A DNA stretch of 64,000 nucleotides from Amoebophrya sp. A120 (Eukaryota; Protista; Dinoflagellata), in contig CAJINV010000003.1 in NCBI GenBank assembly GCA_905178155.1, forward strand, positions 517,091 to 581,090, read 5' to 3'. The notes below the pieces were generated by a model. That model saw only the letters and a program-made list of their open reading frames with translations. It searched no databases and was not told the DNA's origin. How positions within the stretch are numbered: position 1 is the stretch's first letter; the number at the start of each line of letters is the position of its first letter. A program made the position numbers and the translations under genes. This document shows, in pieces, positions 35,948 through 48,711 of this stretch.

Positions 35948-38900
35948 ATGGAGGGCCTACAACTTTTTGGTTCGTGGGCGCGCGTTTTCTCTGACGAGGA
36001 CGGGATGAGCACCCCCTCCCCCAGCGATCTCGCAGGAAGTCCGACGGCCTGTACTTTTGGAAAGTTTTTGGACGAACTGTGTCTTTCCAACATCGACCAC
36101 AACCCTTGGGGCTTGGCCTTCGAACTGTGCTTGTTTCTCTACGCCTTTGGTGGCTTGGCCATCGCCGCCGACCACTTGTGCAATGCCATGGAAACACTCT
36201 GCGACCACCTAAAAGTGCGTGAAGACGTCGCGGGAGCGACGTTCATGGCTTTGGGTGGGAGCATCCCGGAGATTTGTGTAAGACGCGTACTAACTACTTC
36301 TTGTGCATTTATTGAGTTATTGAGAGTACATTTTGTACTGATGGGCGTTAGCGTTACTAATACCAGACGAGCTTGCTGTGCTTCCTTCGGACTCCTTCAT
36401 CCTATTTTTGGAAGATCAAATTTTTTGATGTTTTTGTCTTCGAGTATTTGTATTCTTTTGGCTTCCGCAGCGCACTTAACAACAAGTGCTGTGCATTTCC
36501 ATTTTCATTTTCTTCTCCAACAGACAGACACAGAGTGCTGGACTTGGTCACGACGTATCGCACAGGGGGGCAGGCTGCGGGCGGCGCACATCAGCATGCG
36601 CAGCTAACCCGGACGAACCTGACGTCGTTGCTTTTTGCTGATGACACGACGTTTATGGCGGAGATGGCAAAGCAGGACGCCCGAGCACTAGAGCAAAAGG
36701 ACAAACACAATCGCGAGCAAGATTCACCGTTGCCGCCCGTCGACATGGAAATAATGGAGACATTCGCACAGGCGCTTGCGGAGACTGGGATGCGGGAGAA
36801 CAAGTCGAAACGCATACAGGGCGACGTCACGAGGTTGGTGGCAAAAAATTTGGGTGTATGGACCTGCCCGGAGCGTGACATTAGCGAGAAAATAAAGAAG
36901 GCGTGGGCGGCATATTTCGCGCTTTCGGCGAAACTTGCGGGGGTCGGCGGGCTGAGCAACGCACGGCGGGGGGAACTGGTGCTGACACTCCTTCGGACGA
37001 TCTTGTGCTACGGACTTCAGTGCAGAGCTGTGACTGTGGCTGAGCTGAAAAAGTTGGAAACGGAGGAAATAAAGTTTTGCTGCCGGCTGTTGGGCCTCCC
37101 GTGGTGGACGAAGAAGGCGGAGCGGATCAGTAACGCTGAAGTTCGGCGAAGATTACAAATACCACCACTAGCCACTCACCTCCGATTCCTGCAGCTGCGT
37201 TATTTTGGCCATGTCATGCGGAAGCCGAAAAATGATCTGACGCGCAGAACTTTAGTGGGCCAGTTTCTACCCACGCTACGCATGCAACCAAGCCAACAAC
37301 AGCCGGACTTCCGCCCCCGGCACTATCTTCGCAGCGATGGAAACATCAAGGAGTTGGATCCGAAGACCAGGCAAATTCCGTCTTTTGTCGAAGATTGCGT
37401 GGAGTATTTGCGCAAGGAGTGTGGAGTTGGTGGTGAAGCACTAGACAAGCTGGTGATGTCTCCAGAAGAATGCGCTGCCCTACGCCCAGACCTGCAGGGC
37501 ACAAATTCCTTGTATCACAAAAACAAGAGAATTTTTTACGTGTTAACCCGTGCTGCATTCGTTCGTGAGTGTGTTGACGACTGGACACACTCGGAAAAGA
37601 ATCAGGAGCGGAGAGAGGAGCTGCGGGAGGAGTACCTGGACAAGCTAGCAATTAAATACTTTGGCTCAAGTAGCGGAGAAAAAAGAACAAGGGCGCAGAT
37701 CAAGCGGGACGCGGTAGCAAGCGGGCTGGATCCAGCGGTGGACACCATAGCGGCACTAGACGACTACAAGAGGCCACCGACCGAGCTGATGCCCGAAGTA
37801 TTTACGCAGAAACGATGTCTATGGTGCCCTGCGGACGCCCCTTGTTTTGAGGAGCCCAGTGACATTACAGTTGACTTGGAGAGCCTTCGCCTCCCAGAAG
37901 CACTCGCGGCCCACTGTAGAAACAGCCACTCGATGCCAGCGCCCGACCTCCAGTGCAAGGCAGCGCTGATCGAGAGAAACGAAGAGGACGATGAGGAGCG
38001 AGCCAAAACCATCCGGGCAGATATCATCGCGCGGCACCCTGGTATTCTCAAGGAGAAAGCAAGAAAAGGTCGACCACCGGCAGGGCGGAGGCGTGCAGGG
38101 CCGGTGCCGCAAATAACCTGTGAAATTTGTCGCGAGCACTTTACATCAAGCGCCGGCGCGATGGAGCTTCATGCTATGGCACACGCTCGGGGGGACTATG
38201 TCAAGTATGGTCAAATTTGGCGATATGATCAAAATGGGGAACGTATCAAAACAAGCGAGTTCGTACCGAGCGAGCACATATGGGACAGCAACCAGGGGCG
38301 ATACTTCATGGGCTCCAACGCCTACGTAACGCGGTGCCACGTTCCTGAAGATGCATGCTACACGACGCGGGGCGGCAAGTTCGGAATCAAATGCCGGAAA
38401 TGTGGCGCGTTCAAGAAGCAGCTACAAGAGGACGACCAGGACGCTATGACCGAATTCACCCGCTCGATGATGAAGCAGGTGGACGACATGCAGAAGCACG
38501 AGGCGAGCTGCAAAGGGAAAAAAGCCGCAATGCCACCGGAGCAGGCAGATGCGGATGATCTGGCTGAATAGTCAGAGCGCAGTCTATAAAACAAAAAATT
38601 AGTTATATAGACTCTTATAACTCCGTAGTTGAGTAAACCTACCTACCTACCTCCAAGTCCAAACGTTATACGCAAACCAAAATTAATACAGATCAATGTG
38701 ATCGTCTCTGTGAAGGCAGCAGTGGCACATCACCACACCACAACCTCTACCAAACCTTCGCACCAGAACAACTCCTGGGAGGTCCTCGCAGCACACCGAC
38801 CGAACCAGGTGGCTTTGGGTATCGGCGCCATACTGGGTTCCGGGTTGATTGCCTTCTGCATCATTCCGGCCTGCTGCGTGCTTTTCAGCAGTAGTGAGAC

Positions 38901-41900
38901 GAAGTCTCTGTCGCTGAACCGGCGGCCCTTCCTGCGGGACGTCAGCGCGTACCTGGTTTCTCTCGGAATCTTGTATTGGCTACTCGCATCCGTTCCCGTC
39001 GATAATTCGGAGATACTGGATCAGCTTGCCTCGGCAGCAGGAGAAGTACACGTACAACTACCTCTACCCGGCGAAATCAATACAACCGGAACGAACGCTG
39101 GCTTGGAAGGACAAGACAACTCTCGTAGACCAGACGGGGCGAAGATCTTTGTAAATGACGAGGATGCAGCGAGCACGAGCAGCAGCAGCATTTTGTCGCC
39201 GTTGAAAGGCCCAGCAGCACTGTTCCTGATGATAGCGAGTGAACTCTTCATCGGTGAAAAAGGCGAAATCACGACTGGTGCCGCGTGTCTGTTTCTCGGT
39301 TGGTATTTCGTGTACTTCATTGCCGTCGTCTTCGGTCGCAACGCGCGGGGCCAGCTGCGTTCCCTGCGAGGCCGGCGACCCCTGATTGAGCGGGACATCT
39401 CGCAGTTCCGCGAGCGAGCCATCGAGTCGCGGTCGAACATATCAAAATGAAAAATCCCCCCTCGTCCCCATATCAAAACGGAAATTTGTGATGCTGATTT
39501 GTGGCCACAGATCAGCTTTGTATTGCAGAGAGGCATGGCGGCCAGATCCCCAGGCTAGGTAGGGGCGTATGGGTCTAGTTGTTCAGCATGGCAAACGGCT
39601 CCCCTTGAGGCTCAACAGCATGACAAATCGCTTCCATAATGAGGCGGAAGCTTCTGCCCTTGTCTTCTTGCAAGACAGACGTGATTTGTGACCGACGTGT
39701 TGGGGGTGAGGGACCCCCAACGGGGCCTACGGATATTAGGTGGAACTAAGGCTCAAATCCGCAACGCAAATTTTTGGAAACATACCTTTTCAATATGGGG
39801 AGGGGGGGCGTTTCCTCTCAATAGAACATGCAGCTGAGCGACCCCAGTTCGGCCTCTCGCGCAGAGCACCCGTGTCTGCAAGGTGAAACACCGTCGCCAG
39901 AAGATGAAAACGCTGGCACGGTCGGAGCAGGAGCGGGCATACAGATAGACGGGGCATCCTCGTCGCCGATGAACGCCAACATCTCCTCCTCTCCGTCAAA
40001 CAATAAACGACGGAAGTTGCCCACCGGCAGCCCCGCACGTGTCACGTTCCACGAGGGCCCGCTTTCGGAAGAAGAGGAAGCAAGCGCTGCCACTAGCAGT
40101 GCAAAAAAACGAGAAACTACGCAGCAAGCACAAGTGAGTACCTACGGGGACGCGGAAGATGCGTCGCCACCCGGGTCCTCGTCGCCTTCGGGGCTGAAAG
40201 CTCTGGGACGAGGTGGTGGTCGCGAGACGCGGAATTTGTCTTCCACGTCAATTGACGCATCTCGTGCGCGGCTCACGTTTGACAGTAGTCCGCGGAAGAC
40301 GGATGTGGTTAGTGCTCCGGCCTCCCCGCCGAACGACCAGGGGGTGATAGCGGACTATAGAAAGACCATTGCAATGTCAAACGTAACAGGCAACGGCTCG
40401 CCTTCTGTAGTTGCGGGCAGAAGTAGAGATTCAGCGTCAGCAAGTGATGAAATAATTGGATTGACGTTCCGGGGAGCGGTTGCTAGCACTGCAACGTCAA
40501 CCGCTAGCATGCTCATCGTTGACGAAACGGGGGCAAAAACACGAGCAACTACAGCCGTGGCGCAGCATAGAAGCACAGAGGGAGAACAAGAAACACAGGG
40601 CGTGCTTGCTGTTCCTGATCCACCTACGTCTGAACCCACGACTACCGATCAGGAGTCCATCACGAGCAGTGGCGCGACTTCGAAATCGTCAGAAGAGTCG
40701 GGAGAGCAAGTGCAACGGACGAGTCTTGCCGCGGAATCCCCCTCGAAAGCAACTTCTGCACGAGGCTTTCTAGTCGGTGCGCTACCAGTCAAGACAAGCG
40801 ATCAAGTCGACGTTCTCGTGCACGTCGACGGAGGTGGTTCATCCACCACGGCGGGAGCACGTGCAAGAGCAGGTTCTACTCTACCGGTCACGACCGCGGT
40901 CGGAGGTACTACTGCCGGCATCGATGCTGATTCTGAGCGCCGGCGCCCCAGCGGTGATGCTGGCGATCTTCATTCCACCGATTCAACGCTTGCAACCCGG
41001 CCACTCAGCCTGTACCGGCGAACGACCATCCTTTTAACCTCCTGCAACTGTTTCTCGCCGTCCGACTGGGGTGAGGTTCTGTGGGCGCCGGTCGCGAAGT
41101 ATGGATTGTAAAAGTGTCTGGGCCTGGAAAGTTAGAACTTGTAATGCTAGCTTTCCATACCTAGAAAATCTGTATCGCATAACCAACAAAAGTCGCAGCC
41201 TCTTTTGTCATGCAAAAACGCAGTTTCTCATGCGGATTGCCTATGAGAAAGCGTTTTGGGAAGTTGTCATGCCGGACTGCGTTCGGAAGTGTTTTCATCA
41301 TGCACATTTTAGCATCACAAGTTTCCAGACCCAGACATTTTTACAATCCATACGAAGCTGTCCGACGCGATGTGCCCGGACTGCCGCATTCTCGAGCCGG
41401 CGGAGCACCTGTGGCCCGTGACGTTTCTCTCCGCCCTCGTGCTCATCGCAATCTGGTCGGCGGTGGTGACGAACGTCGTTGGCCGGTGGGTCACACTGTT
41501 GCACGGGGACGAACGCACCCTGTCCTACCTGGGCATGGTGCTGGTGGCCTTTGGAGCGGAGGTGCCGGACTGCGTCCAGTCTGTGCAAGCGGCACGCCGG
41601 GGTTTGGGCTCCATGGCGATTGCCTCCTGCCTCGGCGCGCAGACGCTCAACATCTGCATCGGCTTGGGCCTGCCGTGGGCGATGGTGGCACTGGCCGGCA
41701 AGCCCATCAAGCTCATTACAACTGGGGGCGGGAGCTACACTGAAGTTGATCTAGATCACGGGTTTGTTCTTGAAGAAGATGATGAGCTGCAGCAGGGCAG
41801 GATTTTACCGCCGGTGAACCCGGAGTTGGCAGGGATTGTGTCGTGTCTGGGCTGTGTGGCGTGCGCCGTCGGTGTCGTCGTCGTCTTGACGGTTTTCCCG

Positions 41901-42149
41901 GTTATTTGCGGCTCCGCAGCAAAAGTCAAGCTCTACCGGTGGCACGCGGGCGTCACCATGACTATGTATCTGAGCATTTGCATCCTGCTTGGAATTTGGA
42001 CTTTTTCCGCGCAACCACCAGCCAGCTTTCTCTACTGGGGAACAAGCGACGACGACTCGGGGAGCAGTACAACTACAACATTGCAGCCAATTGTTCCAGG
42101 TGCAGCTGCTCTCCGCGACGGGTATAATGCGCAAGTAGAAGCCTCGTGA
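35948..42149 (+). CDS. Na+/Ca2+(K+) exchanger (NCKX/CaCA family)
   Basis: Alpha-1 repeat DVAGATFMALGGSIPE and alpha-2 repeat GMVLVAFGAEVPD...NICIGLGLPW. Exons 35948-36277, 38692-39439, 39829-41099, 41358-42149. Confidence 0.9.
36521..38650 (+). mobile_element. 5'-truncated non-LTR retrotransposon (RTE-like) inside NCKX intron 1
   Basis: Open ORF to 38571 with LLFADDT, NLGV, ILCYG and ISNAEVRRR...QLRYFGHVMR (RT C-terminal part and thumb), then Cys/His finger-like motifs. (ACCT)n tail and candidate TSD CTCCAA (36515-36520 / 38651-38656). Confidence 0.85.
39440..39823. mobile_element. Introner-like TIR element 10 (family C, inverted relative to element 4)
   Basis: DR GAACA. Interior is the reverse complement of 3021-3343 plus a ~59-bp insert. 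Removal restores RSNMQLSD. Confidence 0.92.
41100..41352. mobile_element. Introner-like TIR element 11 (family A-related)
   Basis: TATGGATTGTAAAAGTGTCTGGGCCTGGAAA...TTTCCAGACCCAGACATTTTTACAATCCATA. DR CGAAG. Removal restores PVAKLSDAMCP. Confidence 0.93.
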
Positions 42150-42897
42150 AAGGATGATCTCGAAGATGTGCGAAAAGTGCAGTGCTGGAGGACGTAGGCG
42201 AGGACCATATCAGCGATTTCTCGCTTTATTGTTGACCCGCCCGAAAGCGAAATCAAAGCTGCGAAGAAATTACCGACCATTACCCGTATGATATATGGCG
42301 TTGTTTTGTTCACTCGTACCCGTTGTAGTTGGAGTTAGCCTTTATTCTTCATGTTCAGTTGAAATATGAAATTGGTCTGCAGCTGCAGCACGCGCGAACA
42401 CGTCGCAGCACGTCTTCTAGGAGTAAGATACCATTCGACGAGTCGACGTGCCGCGAGCGGAGGGAAAATAAAAATGGCATTGGCGAGTACGTGAACTACA
42501 ACAATTTTAGCAAAACATACGTAAAGAAGTGGAGATAACGATAAGTACGAGAGAGAGAGTCAACGGAAGCTTATACTAAGAAGCAAAAGGGCAGGGGACG
42601 ACGAGACTCGTGCGGCGGCAAAACCAGAAGAGAGCTTCTAGACGATTTCCATTTCTGTTTCTCACGAAAACCCTATATCTCGCCAGAAACGTGGTCGCGG
42701 CAACCACGATACTTGCAGTAGAAGCTTAGGTGCACCATCTACATTCACGTTGCTGGTAGTAGCAAGTTTGAGTTTATTTGCGCGGTCGTTGGGGTCACTT
42801 CTAAATCAGAAGTTGAAAGTGAAAGCAGACACTTCGTGATGTGACCGCTGCTAGCTTTTATCTTTTAGGCTTAGACCACATACTGTATCTTCACGTG

Positions 42898-45800
42898 ATG
42901 GAGAAGTACCGGCGCATCCGGGTTCTCGGGAAGGGGAGCTTCGGGAAAGCGTTTCTGGTCGAAAACACCGCGGCGCGAAAGGCCCGCGTAACAATCAAAA
43001 AAGTGTTAATGTTAACAGTTTTCATGGATTGCAAATATGCATGAGAAATTTTGCCCAGCGTGCATGTTATGCATGACAAATTCGGACCACACGTTTTGTG
43101 ATGCTGTACTGCATCACAAATTCCGTTACTTAACGTTAAAAACACTTTTTCCTGTGATACCGCGGTGACGGAGATGTTCCGGTCGAGGAGCTCCGGGAGG
43201 AGGACATCGAGCTCTGTGTGGTGAAGCAGATGGATATCCACAGTAAATTTCCCGTAGACGACGTACAAATGTGGCTTTCGCACGACAAACTCTTCGTCCA
43301 AACCTCTGCAGCATGAGCGTGACAAGTTGCGTATTCTATACATGATAGGAAGTGGGCGGTCTTGGTGAAATTTGTGATGCTTTTTGTAAATCGATGGGAA
43401 ATTTGTATTGCATAATGGAGACCCTGCAGATGACGCCTAAGCAGCGGGACGAGGCGGTGAAGGAGGCTGCGGTGTTGAAGCGCATGACAGGTCATCCAAA
43501 CATCGTGGCGTTCCGCGAGGTTTTTCTCACACGGAAGGGCCGCCTGTGCATCGTTATGGACTATTGCGACGGGGGGGACGTGCACCAGAAAATCAAGCAG
43601 CAGAACGGCGTGCTGCTACCGGAACAGCAAATCACCGACTGGTTTTGTCAGGTAGAGGAGTGATATAGTAGATAATCGATTTTCATTGCCTTGCGACATT
43701 TTTTTTCCAAGTACACGCTGTTGAATCACAATCTATCAGTACAACGAGAGCCACAACCTCACCCTCAACCATCTGTAGTTCTAGTTGCATGCTGGGCGGT
43801 TCTAGAACTACAACCGTTCTTGTAGGGTCGTAAGTACATTGATTTTGATTCTCCTACACGCGGTAGTTCATAAGGAAACTACACCGAAAGATCGAGCTTA
43901 GTTTATGATTTTCTTCATGGTTGTAAAATTCTCCAGGTATGCTTTGCGTTGCGGCATGTGCACTCGCGCAAGGTGCTGCACCGAGACCTGAAGACGCAGA
44001 ACATTTTTCTCCACGCCAACCAACACGTGAAGCTGGGGGACTTCGGGATCTCCCGGGTCCTGGACGCCACCAAGGACTACGCCAAAACGATGGTGGGTAC
44101 GCCGTACTACCTGTCTCCTGAGATAATCGAGGACCAGCCCTACAACTTTCAGTCGGACGTCTGGTCCCTCGGTGTGGTTTTGTACGAGATGACCACATTG
44201 AAGCACCCCTTTGACGCCGAGTCGCTGCATTTCTTGGCCGTGAAAATCCTGAATGGAAAATATCCACCGCCGGACGCCCGCTACTGCCCGGAATTAGGCC
44301 GGTTGATTCAGGCCATGCTGTCGAAGGAACCCGCGAACCGGCCCTCGTTGCTGGAAACGATTCGCAGTCCCGCGCTGAAGACGTCGATCCACGCGGTAAT
44401 AAAAATGAATTTTCATTCTGCAATTTGTATTTTGTGTTGCAGTAGAGGACGTACGGATAGTGCAGCTGCGGGATGCTGTTTGCATATGATTCATGTGTTT
44501 GCTTATGCTTTTGCGATATCATGAGAATGAAGATGAAAAATGAAGATGACAAGAAACCTTTTTCATCCTGATGAAGGAAGTTCCACAAAAACAAAAGGTG
44601 AACGAGCGGTATCGGTTGGGGTGGGACCTCAGCCTGCTTACAGCCCCCGCGGTCACGGCTCCGTCACGTGGCACCAGTTCTTGTGCTACAATCCTCGAAG
44701 AGGATTCGCCTGGAGGTGGAACATGCGCTGATGTGACCGGCCTCGACGATGATGTAGTCGGGGACGACGACACGGTAAAACAACTACCGCGAGAACAACA
44801 ACCTCAACGTCGTTCTTCAGCCGGAACAACTACTTCCGCACGACGCGGAGAGGACACCTGTGGTGGTGTTGACAGATCCTCATCATCGTCCTTGCGACCA
44901 CCTCCAGCAGACGCAGCTACAGAAGCTCGACACGGTTCCAGAGCTGCCCCGGTTTTCGATGAAGATCGCAGCCGCGCGACCGCGACGGCGACACGAACAA
45001 AAAAAACTACACTTGGAATACTAGATGTCCGGGCGGAGGACGACGTAGAAGGATCATGTGCAGCTGATGACCAAACCAGCGGCGTGGGTTGTCGTGGGAG
45101 CAGCGGCGCAGAAGTTGTTCAGCAACCCGGGTTTGAGTTGGCCGACCGCGTGAGAACCGGCACGCAGCGCCTTCTCTCAAACATTCGAAGCGGAGCGGTG
45201 CAGGAGGATGGAGATCCCGGGCTGGACCTCCAGCATGACCAACGACGACGAAAAAACGCAGATGGACCTGCGTCAAAAGAATCAGCAACCACAACTGCTC
45301 AGCAGCCCGCGACCGCGTCCACCTCGCGTATTCAAAAATCTGGCGTGGTCTCAACAAAATCTACGACCACCGGTGGTGCTGGAGTTGTGCCGCTTTTACC
45401 TCCCCGTCCGCCAAGACCAGGAGATTCAGGCTGCACAGCTGCTGCTGCCAATGAGTCTGTGTCTTCTGCTTCTTTTTTTCCGCCGCGGGGCGAGAGCATC
45501 AAAATTGGAGTCGAGGACGCGAGCGTGGCCGGATGCTCCGCAAAGGGATCATGCGAAGACCGTCGCAAGCGACCTTCATCTTCCAGTACGGGTCGTTCTT
45601 GCGCTTCATCACCATGTTTATCACCCTCCTGCTCGTCGTCCAGCAGGAGCAAGACGGTCAAACCAGGAGAGCCAAATAAACCAGCAGCGACATCACAACC
45701 TCAAAAATCGCCGTCCGTATCATCTTCAACATCACCTTTGGTTCTGGAAGTAATTCCGACGAAGAGCTCGCCGCGCATGTTTGCACCGCACGAGGACTAC

Positions 45801-47009
45801 CGAGGAAATAATGGTGTGCAAGAAGTGAACGACGGAAATGGACTCGTGCCCGAAGACATGATCCACACCAACGCACCAACCACGGTTTCGAAAACTCTGC
45901 TCCACCGAGCACAGCAAGCCAAAGAACTCAAGCTCGTGCAGAATTCTTCACCAGGTAGTAGTACAACGGGTCCTCGTGGTCCTCCCGAAGATGTCGTCGT
46001 TGGTGGATCCTCGCAACGCGTCGTCTGGAATGACCCGTCGAAAAATGTAGAAGTCGTGGGGCATCCTGCTCAACACCTCCACGGTACTAGTTCCGCTGGC
46101 GAAGATCTTCGTATTCGGTCGACAAAGGGTGAACAACACGCAGATCTTGTACAAAACCAGATTGTTCCCGCAAGACACGATAGAAGTCCTACAACCAGCG
46201 AAGTTCTTCGAGAACAAGTTCAAGATGTTGATGAAGAACAGAGAAGTAGCGAAGAGGAGGAGGACGAGTCTTACGAAGCTGATTTCGAGGAGTACGAGCC
46301 AGATTTTGAAGAGGAATCCGATGAGGACAGCGAGGACGACAACGTGGTGGTTCGATTGAGTAGCACCTGCACGCCGAAAGCTACGGGTGCAGCACCGACG
46401 AGATCGGAGAGCAGGCAGGTGGACGAGCGCCTTGACGTGGATAATTCCGCGGCATCATGCAACCGGCCATCCTCTGGCCCGGGAGATGGTGGTACACATT
46501 TCTTGACGGGTAGTAGTAGTACACAGCATCCATCCGGCGCCTCTGCGAAGAACGCTGATGATATAGTGGATATCGCACGACATCACGACGCTGGAATAAA
46601 TGCTCCTCGTGCTCGACAATCACGTTCATCAGGAGTTGATGAAGAAGCTCCACCAGAGTTGCCGCAGACAGATACCGCTCGCAGTGGAGGAGTTTCGTCA
46701 TCGTCCCGTGACGATCAGAAAACCTCCACCCCTGCCGGCGAGATCATGTTGACGCAAAGTAGTAGTTCCTCGAGCTCCACTTCTACTTACGGGGGAAAAG
46801 CGGCGAGTTTACGAGAGTATTTGATCTCACAAGTCGAGGAGGAGGCGTTTCGAGAGGCCTACGCGATGGTCCGAGAGTCCGGCAGCACGGAGGAGCTCGG
46901 GGCGAGTCTGCAGAAACGCATGCTGCCGATTCTTGGCAAGAAGCGGCTCGGGCAACTGTTTCCGCTGTTTCAGTTGCTCTGCTTGCTCGAAGACATCGGC
47001 GCGTCTTGA
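42898..47009 (+). CDS. NIMA-related (NEK) Ser/Thr kinase
   Basis: [39 protein letters not shown] and GTPYYLSPE. Exons 42898-42988, 43165-43234, 43420-43651, 43937-44395, 44598-47009. Confidence 0.95.
42989..43159. mobile_element. Introner-like TIR element 12 (decayed TIR)
   Basis: TAACAATCAAAAAAGTGTT...AACACTTTTTCCTGTGATA. Perfect DR CCGCG. Removal restores the kinase frame. Confidence 0.85.
43235..43414. mobile_element. Introner-like TIR element 13 (decayed TIR)
   Basis: TATCCACAGTAAATTTCCC...GGGAAATTTGTATTGCATA. Perfect DR ATGGA. Removal restores VVKQMETLQM. Confidence 0.87.
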
Positions 47010-47661
47010 CGGTAGTCGGGGTGGAAGAGCGTTGGTTAGAGCAAAGCCTAGTGACAACAACTACCGTGTTGAGTGTCTCCATAGATGTTGAAACGGTTTT
47101 CTTTTCTTCTATCAATTTCTTTTTCTTCTCAAACTTAACGAACAACGGTACACGATCAGTAGCACCGGCACCGGCTAGAAGAAAATTTTTGCACAGGGCA
47201 GCAGCACAGTCTAGACTGCGTCCCTTCTGCAATTCACGGAATACGAATAAGAGCATTTGTTCTTTCCGGTGATGCAGATCGATGTGTTCGAGTTCGCCGA
47301 AGTTGGTTTTTTCGCTTGCTTGTCATCCTTGTCAGAATCAGTTGCAATTCTCATATCAAATACCATTGCAGCCGGTACATAAAAATTCAGTTTCAAACTA
47401 CGTAGAAGTAGATTTCTTTATTCGATATCCGGCCCTAGCACCCGTGAAAATCGTCGTATCGAGTGTCCTCGTGCAACGTGCTGCTTCAGAGCGCAGGTTT
47501 CGAAGTTGCTTTGGGTACTGCAAAATTGACATTGCCGAATGTCGCACATGTAGCAAAACTCTGAACCGCCGCACCCTCTCGGAAACCGAACTGCAGCCTG
47601 AAGAAGAGCCCCAACAAGCACGGAGGATCGGTCTAAAACCACACACGCTTGGTGGAGAAGC

Positions 47662-48711
47662 ATGTTTTCCGCCGGAAAAAGGTTGCTGTCGTCGGCAAAG
47701 CCAAGCAACCTGCACGTACCACCAGAACCTGAAGTTCATGATGATTTCCTAAGTATGAGTTTCGGAAGTAGTTCAAGTTATCTTTTTCTTTTGCATCATG
47801 TAGAGATCGTTCATTTGTCGCTCGGCCTAGATACGCCAAACCAATCCCGGCTGTTTTTTTTTACTCTAAACATGCAATGAAAATAAAATCAGGTAATAAC
47901 AAGCGCGTCCCAGTATGAAGCGCTAAAGATGAGCTCAAGAGCCTTGGTTGGCTATTTTAGTGCGGGTTTCAGCACGCCATCGAAAATATACGAGAAATCC
48001 TTTGCCGAAATGGCAGGCAAGAACAGCGACTACACCTTTTTCACCTGCGACATAGACGCAGCGCCGACGGTATTAAAATTGATTATCATGATTCTGATAT
48101 TACATTTAGCTTTGGTTTCTTTTGCCGACCGTGAATATGGCGATGATTCAGGAGAGGAGAGGGTTCAGCGCGGTGGGGATATGTAGATGCTCATGTGATC
48201 ATATTGGTCTGCATGTTCTACTTTCTTGTTTCAGGTGGCCTATGATTGCGAGGTGGTTGACGTTCCGTCAGTCTCGGTGTTGCCGCTTGGATCGAAGCCA
48301 GATGGGTCGACCTTTGACAAGTCGGACATGGTAACGCTGCGCGCCGGAGAAAGCCTCGATTATGGCACGGTACAATTTGTCGTGGTTCTTGTCTCTTCTG
48401 TTGTTTTGTATTCTGTCTGCTCTGTTAGTGTTACTGTTGTAGTTTGTTAGAACTGTTTTGCATTCGATTCTCTTCTTGTATGATCCTCTGCGACGCACCA
48501 GTTATCTGAAGGAGCAACCCTCTTCTTCTTAAGTATCCGAAAACAAAACCCGCGGGCCGGCACTCGATGCTGTTAATCTCACAAGGTAATACCCAAGGCT
48601 CAGGGCGTTTTGGATGGAATGCCGCTGAACTGCACGGACCTCACGGCGGGGCAGCGAAAGCCATGGCGATTTGACCCTGCAACTGGGACCACTTTGCCAC
48701 CGCTACCCTAA
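47662..48711 (+). CDS. Thioredoxin-fold protein lacking CxxC, with possible mitochondrial presequence
   Basis: Exons 47662-47715, 47893-48069, 48235-48369 and 48586-48711 join via GT-AG. VGYFSAGFSTPSK, FFTCDID and VVDVPS match the Trx pattern. Confidence 0.7.

Noticed and set aside
36278-36536. In-frame NCKX exon 1 / RT fusion through the pyrimidine-rich acceptor at 36523
   Set aside because: The nearby AGs (36523, 36527, 36533, 36535) all place the RT ORF out of frame with the phase-0 donor.
36373-38571. RT ORF as the enzyme mobilising the introners
   Set aside because: TIRs with fixed 5-bp duplications point to a DDE-type transposase. No such ORF is recognisable in this window, and the RT is 5'-truncated.
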